From NCBI RefSeq assembly GCF_001194135.2, contig NC_068990.1:5092028-5156027 (forward strand): a stretch of DNA of 64,000 bases, written 5' to 3'. Shown here piece after piece: positions 54,353 to 64,000 of the stretch. This DNA comes from Octopus bimaculoides (lineage: Eukaryota). Made by a program: the position numbers and the translations under genes. Under the pieces are notes generated by a model that did no database searches, was not told the DNA's origin, and saw only the letters and a list, made by a program, of their open reading frames with translations. How positions within the stretch are numbered: the stretch's first letter is position 1; each line of letters starts with the position of its first letter.

Positions 54353-55479
54353 ATTGCAAATAAAACTGCATGAATACAAGTGATAACTTATTTACTCAAT
54401 GGTATATTTTGTAACAACTCTGATATATTCAGAGGAAAACAATTTAAATTTGTTGCTGCAAACCACAGAAAAATACAGAAAATCTTAGATACTTAATATT
54501 TTAAACCTAGATTGTATCTACATTTTTTTTTCTCCATCGTTTATTATGTGACATCTACCATTTTATCAAGTGAATGATTTATGTTAATATTTACATACAT
54601 ATTTGCAGCTCACTAAACATGTCTGAAGTTTTGATAGCTTTCACCCCATACATGCAGTTAAACACTGCAGTTTCTGTAACATTACTTTTTTTTTCACAAT
54701 AATTGGCTATCTTGAAAGGTTTCAAGATACTATACTACTCACCATACCAAAAACCCAAGACAGTACTGATTGCTCATGCTAATATACCAAGTTCTATTAT
54801 GATTACTGTTGGTTCATACAACTAGTATGAAAAGCTGTAAAATTCAGTTATACAATATCATTTATTTTTTCATAAAGCAACACATTGAGCTTTAATCTTA
54901 TTACTGATAAGTATTACAAAATCGAGGTAAAGCTCACAGACAAAGCAAATCTGCAATGAGATTTAATTATTTTAATATCTTTTTGGAAGAAACATGCACA
55001 ACAGGATATAATTCTCTATTATCTTTAAATCTGTCCCCATGATCATAGTTAACTATAATTAATTAGGTGATTACAATTATTACTATAAGTGATTATCTGT
55101 AATTATTCTTATGGTAGTTACCCTTATCATTGATGTCACTGACATTAATAGTCTTAATTTTCTCACTGCCATTATAATTACCACCGCTAACGATGATGAT
55201 GATGATTGTTGTTTTGATCATTCATTCTGCTCTCAGAATCTGAAAGATATTTTCCCTCCAAGTTTGAGTTTAATGAATGTAATATATTTCAGATTTACAT
55301 GAAGAATATTTTTATCAGAAAGGCTCTCAAAATATTAGATAAATAAAGTTATTAGAAAAATTTTGAAATAGTAAAAATTTACTGTATTGAGAAGATATAG
55401 TTTGTTACAAGGGCAAAGATATAATTAGGGCAAAGACATAACAAAACAATATGTAATATGTAAATATTAATTGAACCAT

Positions 55480-55670
55480 GGGCACAGATAGGGTTGTATG
55501 GGTAAGAAGTTCGATCCCACAACCACATGGTTTCAGGTTCAGTTCCAATGTGTGGCATTTTGGGCAACTTCTACTATTGTCCCAGGTTGAGCCAATGACT
55601 TACGAACGAATTTAGTAGACAGGAACTGTACAAAACCCCAGCGTACATGCATATATGTGTGTGTATGCAT

Positions 55671-55715
<45 letters not shown>
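55480..55715 (+). mobile_element. SINE family A 5' half, older copy
   Basis: AACCACATGGTTTCAGGTTCAGTTCC head region, ends in (GT)n. Confidence 0.7.
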
Positions 55716-56255
55716 CGCATGTGAATATTTACATTTTGCATTGAGTTGAGCTATAAATGTTGTCATTTGTTGATTTCTTAGGCAACAAATCATCTGATAG
55801 CTCTGCACTTTTGAAAATAAGCAGAATGAATACTCCCTTACATGAAAAAAATAAGTGATGGTTATTGATAAGAAGGGCATCTGGTTGTAAAAACAATCTC
55901 AAAAATATGTATTTGTTTAATCTAACCAGGCATGGAGTAATGAATGTTAAATAAACAAACAATTTTATGGCAGAGAGTGAATGGTTCTAAGTGTAATTTA
56001 TTTTCATTGATAGTGTCAAACTTACAGCATTTCATTTCATCTTTCTACATTTTGGGTTCAAATCATATTATGCTTTGCTTTTCTGATTCTTCAGTCAATA
56101 TAACAAATCCCCTTACCAGATTGTAGTTTGATTCAAATAATTACTCCTTCCCTTGCAAATATTTTCCTTCTGTCTTGTCAAAATAAATCAATAGCACTGA
56201 GCAGCAGAAATGAATGTTATAATTAGTTGTAGGAACAACACAATTTCAAGCTTAC

Positions 56256-56331
56256 CAACATCAGATGCAAAAGCACTAGTCGACCTATAGAAATCAGTGC
56301 TTTTGTCAAAATGGTTCCACTTCGATATAAT
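56256..56331 (-). CDS. candidate 76-nt exon; IISKWNHFDKSTDFYRSTSAFASDV (phase 0 to 1) or RLYRSGTILTKALISIGRLVLLHLML (phase 2 to 0)
   Basis: Acceptor TTGATTGTTTCAG|, strong donor TTG|GTAAGC; two frames open. Confidence 0.45.
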
Positions 56332-56529
56332 CTGAAACAATCAATTCTTGCCATTTTTGCAGTACTAGTAAGACTGTTTACAGATAACATTGGTTTTATG
56401 AAGTATCCCAGATTCCATGTAATTAGTAATTGCATTCTTCTTTTTGGCAGTGATATCAATATTCTCCAGATTGGAAGATAATCAATTTATTTTGACTAGG
56501 AACAAATACTAAATTTTTGTCAGAAAGAA

Positions 56530-56745
56530 AATATTGGTTTCAAATTTTGGCACAAGGGCAGCAATTTGGGGGAGGGGGTAAGTTGATTACATCGACCCCA
56601 GTGCTCAACTCATTGACCTCAAAATGATGAAAAGCAAAGTCGACCTTGATGGAATTTGAACTCAGAATGTGAAGACAGATGAAAAGATGAAATGCTACTA
56701 AGTGTTTTGCTTGGAATGCTACTGATTCAGCATGCTCACTGCCTT
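56530..56745 (-). mobile_element. SINE family B
   Basis: Reverse complement aligns with 42670-42890. Confidence 0.7.
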
Positions 56746-57349
56746 TGAGAGTGAAAAATATTAAATGGTGACAAGTATATTGAAATGCCATCGACCACGA
56801 TTTGAAAAACTGATGTCATACAATAACAGATGGTCACAAATGATCAAGGCGAAAAGAATGGTTTATTGCATTGATTGTCCATTTATTACTGTATAATGTT
56901 GGAATTTGAAATTAAAATAAAAACTCAAGTCAAACCTATCACTGGTATTGCATCTACACCAGTAATAACACTATTACCACCCACCAATATGAGGACTGGG
57001 ATGAAAACAGACAATTCCCATAACAAATAATCAGGAATGATTAATGAAGATTCAATCCAAGAAACCAGACTCTAAGAAATAGCCAAGCTCAATCTGAAGA
57101 AAACAATTAAGTAGGAATTACATTAGTATTCTCAATGTAACCAAGGGTTCACAAGAGCTGTAGTGAGTTCACAGGCAGGTTGATAGAGAGGGATCCTTTA
57201 TGTAGCAAGTGTACAAAAGTAGTTGGCAGTTAGAGCACCGATAAAATAAATTCTTTGAAATGTCTAGAAGGCTCCTTAGTTGTTGTTAATATTTGTTACC
57301 TTAGTAACAAATATTAGTAAGCCGGTAGTAAGCCGGTAGTAAGCCGGTA

Positions 57350-57553
57350 GTAAGCCGGCTGAGTTGCTAGCACCCCAATGAAATGCTTAGTGGCATTTCG
57401 TCTGTCTTCATGTACTAAGTTCAAATTCTGCCGAGGTTGACTGTCTTCCTCCTTTTGGAGTTGATAAAATAAGTTCCAGTTAAATACTGGGGTTTATGCA
57501 ATTGACTTATCCCCTCCTTGAAATTACTGGCGTTGTGCCAATATTTGTTACCT
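57350..57553 (+). mobile_element. SINE family B with TSD-like AATATTTGTTACCT
   Basis: Family homology; 14-mer at 57288-57301 and 57540-57553. Confidence 0.75.
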
Positions 57554-57569
57554 AAGTGATATAATCAGA

Positions 57570-57930
57570 AGTGAAAATGAGTGCTCTGACAAAATAGTAG
57601 CCAGACAAAGAATGGGCTGAAAAAAGTTCAAATAGATATTACTTTTGGTAACAAAGGAATTCTGTCACTATCTGAAGGGCAGATTGCATGATGTAGGTTT
57701 TTGAAGTAAAATACTGGCAAAACATGGCCATTGAATGTGGATCATATACTGATGATATGTTGAAGCTGGAGAGAAATGAGGCAGGTATGCATGGATGAAT
57801 GGGTTATTTTGGTATGAATGAATAATATAACACAAAATGATTTGAGAGAAAAATTGAGTATAAGAGGAATTGGCTGCAGTGTGCAAGAAAGGAACTATGC
57901 TGGTACAGAGAATGACAGTTAGATGAAACA
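57570..57930 (+). mobile_element. decayed RTE LINE C-terminal region
   Basis: SECSDKIVARQRMG.KKF, LKLERNEA and LREKLSIRGIGCSVQER, paralleling the RTE at 35925. Confidence 0.6.
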
Positions 57931-58197
57931 AATGCTAAAGGATTCATGTGAAAGAAACGTGTAAAAGATGTGGGAAGAAACAAGAAGTAAAAGTTTCATA
58001 GCAGTAAAACATAGATATTGAATGCAGAACAAAATGAACAGAGACAAGTGACGCAAAATATTCACTATTTTCTTTTTTCTTTTTAAATATGCCTGCTGCC
58101 TTTATGTATCACATGGGTTATTAAGTCAAATAAAGAAGTTCTTGATGCTGAATCACTTTATTTCTCTCTTACAACTTTTATTCAATCTTATTATATA

Positions 58198-59280
58198 ATG
58201 TCAAACTTCCTTCGAGCTAAAGAATTGGATATTAATGTAAATGATGGAAATGCCAGTAATGAATGCAGACATCGGTTGAGAAAATTTGAGTGTTTCATAG
58301 ACAGTTTCCCCCCAAAAAATCAACCAAATAAATTGGATGTTTTGATAAATTTGGTATCAACAACAATCAATGAAATAACCACTGAATGCAATAACTACAA
58401 TACTGCAATTACTCTTCTCAATTCTATTTTGTTTAAGAAAAACGTAATTTTTCCAAGACATTAACTAACCATTAGTGAGACTTGAGAGAGATTTTGGACC
58501 AATTTATTCAAGTTTTTGGTTGCTAGCCAAGGACTGCGATTTCAAATCAGTTATAGCCCATATACACACGGATGAAATGATTTGGGATGCCTTTATTACA
58601 GGCTTGCAGAACATTAGTATGTCAATGACTTTCATAATCTGATTTTCAAACATTGAAAGATGCTATTTCTAAAGGATATTCTCAAGACATTGCAAAACAA
58701 AACAAAAAACAAAAAACCATTTAACTTCAATCATTTCAAATACAAGAGACTAACAACTACAATTTCAACAGCAACAACAGTTTATATAATCTACCACACC
58801 TCAAATTCCAGACAAGAGGAAAATACTGTAATAAATTAAACTGAAGATAGACAAAGATGCATTTTTTTTGTTTTTGCAGAAACATTAATGAAATATTCAA
58901 ATGTTCAGCAAAAGTTATTTGTAAGCATTGTCATATGAAAATACATTTTACCTATTTGCAAATCATAAATTTTCTCTACATGTGTGCTTGCATTAATATT
59001 GGTAGCTATTGGTAACAAATCTGAGTCACTGTCTTCTTATTTGCTACCAATTTCTGTGAATAATATATAAGAGGGTTGTTACTGCTTGTGACAGTACAAA
59101 ATCTTTCATAGAGGAAGTATTGTGATAAAACATAAATTACCAGTTTAACCATCAAGCATAAATTTCTTATGCTAATAATTTCTCTGAAACAATACTTGGG
59201 TCATATGTGGTAAGAATTATTCTCTCTGCTAGATGCTACCAAAGTGTTACATTCTACAATTTTGGTGCCAATTGTGGTAT
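58198..59280 (+). mobile_element. Gypsy LTR retrotransposon gag-protease fossil
   Basis: MSNFLRAKELD...NKLDVLINLVS...KKNVIFPRH, LLAKDCDFKSV..DEMIWDAFITGL, decayed Cys/His knuckle region CFCRN...KCSAKVICKHC.MKIHF and DSTKSFI (protease DSG-like); stops and frameshifts; no LTR recognised. Confidence 0.8.
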
Positions 59281-59302
59281 TACATAACGTATCAATATTA
59301 AT

Positions 59303-59490
59303 GGGCGGAGTAAGGCAGTGAGTTCGCAGAATTGAAAGCATACTGGGAAAAATGCTTAGTGGCATTTCGTCCGTTTTTGCATTCTGAGTTCAAATTGTGC
59401 TGAGGTGGACTTTGCCTTTTGAGGTCAATGTAATCGACTTATGCCCTCCTCCAAAACTGCTGGCCTTGTGCCAAAATTATAAACCAATAT
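59303..59490 (+). mobile_element. SINE family B
   Basis: Family homology with 42670 and 57350 copies. Confidence 0.7.
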
Positions 59491-60809
59491 TAATTAATGG
59501 GTAGAGCGTAGAACTACTGATAAATTTTGCTATTGTAAATCTTGAAACAATGGACTAATATTAGGACATGTAAAGCCCTTAACAGGAAAAAAATGAGCAA
59601 TACCCATTTTTTGTACACCCTAATATTAGACTAATTTCTATAGTCAATATACAGTGCAAACTTATAATTCTGTTTACAAATTTTCACTCACCTTCATTTT
59701 CTAATTCATGTTTAATTCACATATATATATGCATTTTATGTTTAAAGGACAAATAGCTATTGTTACAAAATTTCCCTTTAATTTGCAATATGCATCTATG
59801 TGCTAACAAGTAATGTATCAATGAGAAGGGTAAAAAAAGTATTTGAATATAGGCAATAATGGGGTTGAGGGGACAACACAAACAATGGAATGAATAGGAA
59901 TGTAGAACCACTTACCTCGGATTATAATGAAACTAGATTCATATTAAAGATTTTGAAAAATCAGATATTAACAAACGATCTGTTCAGAAATTGCAAGTCC
60001 TCAACTGACTCATATCATTTGAGCACTCATCTTTTAATCAAATTTTATAGAATAGCGAGTGCTTCCTTAAATAAGTCATGAACTGAGTCTTGTTGTTATG
60101 ATGAACAATATTTAACATCTTAAATCACTGTTGTCAATGACCACAAATGTTATCCAAATTGGACTAAACTTCAAGGTTTGATGCAAAAGTCTTTCTTCCT
60201 TTCTCTTATGGTAAATAACAAATAGAATTAAAGAATGTAAATTGAAAACCATTAGTTCATTCTAAAAAAAAAGAATTGTTTCTCTGTGGTGATATCATTA
60301 CTATAGAATCTTTCATTTTTAAACATACTTGTATCATCGTTTCTATTACCATTGCTGATATTAAGGAACTGTTATGGAATAAACAGCATAACAATAGTCT
60401 AGTTGTTGAATATGTTGAAAAAAATAAGGGGAAAAGGAATTTGTGTGGTTTTACAATCATTTTGATTTAAGCACCAGCTGTTGGTATCAAATCAATTCCA
60501 CACTTTAATTCTCTAGCTCTGATAATAACAGCTTCTTCTGTTGTAAAATTTTAACTTTCTTATTAACAGCCCGCCTCCTAATGAGAAAGCAAAGTAATTA
60601 TGATGGCAGACAATATGATAAATATTAGAAAAGTTAGTTAAAATAAATTCTATGGAAGAATGATAGTGCTGTACGCAGGTGTTGCAGCTGCTTACTAACA
60701 GACATGCTCTACTTGATCATGGGAAGTCTGCAGCACAGAGAATGCTAACAATTGTGAAGACTCAAATCTAATTTCAAATATATTTAGGAAAGCTATTAGT
60801 AAGAGTTCC

Positions 60810-61330
60810 ATTTCAGAAGGGTGTCAAAGAATGTCTCCAAAGCTCTTCACCACACGTCTTCAAATGGTCTACAGACACAGTGACTAGAAAAGGTGGTGTT
60901 GGCATCAGTGGCAAACTACTAATGCACTTCCAATTAGTTATCAAAGAAATCTCAGACTAATTGCATACCATGCTAACAGAGTTAGGCACCCAGATTTCAA
61001 TAGTAAGTTTCGCAATAAACTACTTTAACACAAAATACATGACTGAATGATGGTGGGAAGTAATCAAATTGAGGTGGTTAAGGTAGTAAATATATGCTGG
61101 GACATAAATGCTGATATCATGCACAGAGTAAAAGTATTTGCCTTGATTAAATATGTGCTCAGAGCACAGCAAGACAAGACTCAGTGTGTCAATGTTTTCA
61201 ATAGTACTGTTCTACCAGAGCTCTTATATGCAAGTGAGACATGGGTTATAACAGAAAAGGAAGACAGCAACTGGTTAGGGCCCAGAGAGTTGTGGAAAGA
61301 TCCATGCTAAGAATATATTGTAGGGGCAAC
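60810..61330 (+). mobile_element. decayed RTE LINE RT region
   Basis: KGVK..MSPKLFTTRLQMV (cf. GVRQGD.ISPKLF) and FNSTVLPELLYASETW. Confidence 0.7.
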
Positions 61331-61649
61331 TCTGAAATGAGATAGTTTGATGATGCAGCAGAGAGAACGTTACAAAATTCTGAAAGCACAAGTACAGGCA
61401 TATCACCAGACACACAGGAAATTGGTGGGCTAAGCAGTCAGTAAGTGATATCCAGGAGATCAGAAGAGACCACTCAGAAAACTTCCATCATGGTGGGAAA
61501 AGGATATGCTTAAGACATTTGGACCCAATTGGAAGAGAAGCTCACAATCACAGAAAGAACAGAAGCACATTTCAAGTAATACAGTGATGAACACCCAAAA
61601 TTCAGAAGTGAAAAAGATTTGAAATTGAGTAGTGTATAAACAGGATATT

Positions 61650-62270
61650 GCTGCAATATTCACTTGACAGCTATCACAAATTTATTTAATAAGTTACAGT
61701 AAAGAGCATATACTTCAGAAGGTAAAGTTATGTTGAAGAAGATGCTTGAGTTAAATCAAGAATGTTATTGCTCTGGCTTTGCATGAAAAGTTACTGAATA
61801 TCTTATAAATGTCAAAATACAAGTTATTGACTAGTGTTTGTGAGTGGCATTTTTCCTATGAGCTTCACCGTGTAAAACATCCCTTTTGGAGATAATTTCT
61901 AATGCTTAAACAACAGCTGACTGAAAACATTTTACTCACATTAAATAAAGACAACTGAACATTTTTCTAACCACTGCTAGAGAGACTAATAATCACATTG
62001 CGCTTAGGACATCTGGAAAAAATAATGTTAGTGGAGAACACAAATTTCAGAAATATGACCAACTCCAAAATTGCTTTTGTAAAATGTATATACCACAGCT
62101 CGGCTTTATGCTGCTAACTTTTCCTCAGATCAGAAATTGTTTAGCTTAGCATTAGTTGCTTTGTTGAGAAAATGTTCTCAGTAATGAATGATACATATAG
62201 ATAATAACAAAAACTTTTCTGCTCAATCATGACTCATTGGTCTGAAGGAATAGCATAAGGATAGTTCTTT
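61650..62270 (+). mobile_element. possible hAT transposase C-terminal remnant
   Basis: KLFSLAL / SCFVEKMFSVMNDTY resembles the hAT dimerisation motif (S..VERxFS); 5' extent is a guess. Confidence 0.4.
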
Positions 62271-62791
62271 AGTGATGAGAAGATCTCAAAATAAATTTTA
62301 TGTCAATTCTTAAAAAGGAAAGGAATTACATAGTGTGCACTCAGAATGTTATGCTCCAAGACAAAACCAATAAACTTTATTCTTATTTTGCTGGGTGTTT
62401 TTATTACTTTAAATTTCAAGTTTGTAAATATGGTTTTCTAAGCAGCAGTTTCTAACCACCACACCAATTGTAAAACATGTTTTGGGTCTGGTTATCTAAC
62501 AGTAATAATAAGAGATTTAAAAGACTATATTTTACCCATATAACTGGTTCAATCTATAATTGACTTATCAATTTTTAACCAGTTGTAGTACAACTTTATC
62601 GCTCCACTACTGCTTAAATCTCTCTGAGAGATTTAGAAATATTATATTTCTAATTTTGCTGATCAGTGAATTTTTAACCAATCTTGCTTTTTGTTTATCA
62701 TGGCTTCTGCTCATTCCTACTTTGATTTGGAAAAGAACTTAAATGCAAGAGTGAGAAATCTAGTATAATTACTTTAACTTAATCTAAAGTT

Positions 62792-63358
62792 ATGCACCTG
62801 ATTTCTATTACTAAGCAACATAACAATGTATTAGTATCACAATGTCATGCCAAGCAAAATCGAAATCCATTACATTTATTACTGATTAGGGTTTTTGGTT
62901 TGGACTGTAAAATTCAGGATAGGAGATTTCCAGCAGAGAATGTTCCACAGGAAAATCATGATGCTAAACCCAGCAAATTAAGCTTAGAGAAAAGACAACG
63001 GGTGATCAAACAATATCATCTTGAATTTTTGAGTGAAATTATAAAGCAGACTGATCAAAGAACTAATAATAAAAGCAAATCTGCAAAAATGAAATATGTA
63101 GAATACTTTGATCCAAATATTATTCATTTTCACACTGACCTAAGTTCACTGAAACCAACAGTCATTAATCAAGTAAAAAAAAAACGATGCAATGTGTGTG
63201 TAGTGGATAGCTCACCACTCAAATGTTTTCAATGGCATACAACATTGATAACAAGTCTTGACATCAAACATAGCCAATCAGTAAGTGTCATTCAGTTTGC
63301 AATTTTTACACGGACAGATCAAAGAACTTGTTCTGAAAATCAGCTCGCTGCCACATGA
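62792..63358 (+). other. 188-codon ORF of unknown origin, possibly DNA-transposon derived
   Basis: Longest gap-free, non-microsatellite ORF in the window; no domain confidently recognised. Confidence 0.25.
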
Positions 63359-64000
63359 AGTTTACCATTACAACTAGTCAACAAGTGCTAAGAAGAGACT
63401 ACCATTTTCTGCCAGTTGAAATAGCTACTATCAACAGTATTTTGTAGTTTTTTTTCTTGCTTTCCCAGCTTTCTTGTAATTTTAAAAGAGCAGATTTTTC
63501 TTTGCTTCAAAGAATATTGTAGTAATTCCATGTCGTTCAAAATTATGGCCCTTCACATTCAATTTGACATATACAAACGATGAAAAATGCTCTCACATAT
63601 AGTGTTACGAAAACATTTTGACATGTACATGTTTCATGAAACACATTCTTGCATACATTCATTCATAATAACAATGGTATGCTACTGTCATGTTAAATTA
63701 TTGCTTGAAATATATTCTATTTGTGTTAATTGCTTCACATAATTTTGTAATTATGAACTTTTCCGTATTTCTGGTAGGTGAACTTGTATGCAAACTCATA
63801 CAAGTTTGCCATTGTGTTATTAATTGATGCTGTCTTATTCAGTATTGTATTTTTGAATATCATTCATTTTTGTCACAATTTATTGAAATTTTAACAAACC
63901 CAATTTTTTATATAAAGACTTTGATACACTGATTTCTAACATTAACATAAAGTTTGGTAGAAGGATGTAAGTTGAGTAAACTGAGAGATTTGCAGAATTG

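Noticed and set aside
59916-60261. Strong minus acceptor (60262) and donor GAG|GTAAGT (59915)
   Set aside because: Stops in all three frames between them; could be a UTR exon, but nothing else supports it

Overview
AT-rich, microsatellite-dense eukaryotic DNA with three N gaps. The repeat content suggests an octopus genome (inference): tRNA-headed SINEs with an internal microsatellite, and RTE LINE ends with (GAT)n tails. There are no prokaryotic features, rRNA/tRNA genes or CRISPR arrays, and almost all listed ORFs are microsatellite, gap or transposon artefacts. Recognisable content is mostly decayed mobile DNA: several RTE/RTE-X LINE pieces, CR1/Daphne-like and Penelope-like remnants, two mariners, a piggyBac fossil, a Gypsy gag-pro fossil, hAT pieces and many SINEs. 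Reading splice signals by eye also gives a set of short minus-strand exon candidates from about 56.3 kb down to 17.2 kb. They suggest a large-intron gene I cannot assign to a family. The most unusual structure is a fold-back mariner (41128-41986) made of two 5' ends in inverted orientation, inside a putative intron. Repeat boundaries are approximate unless a TIR/TSD is cited.
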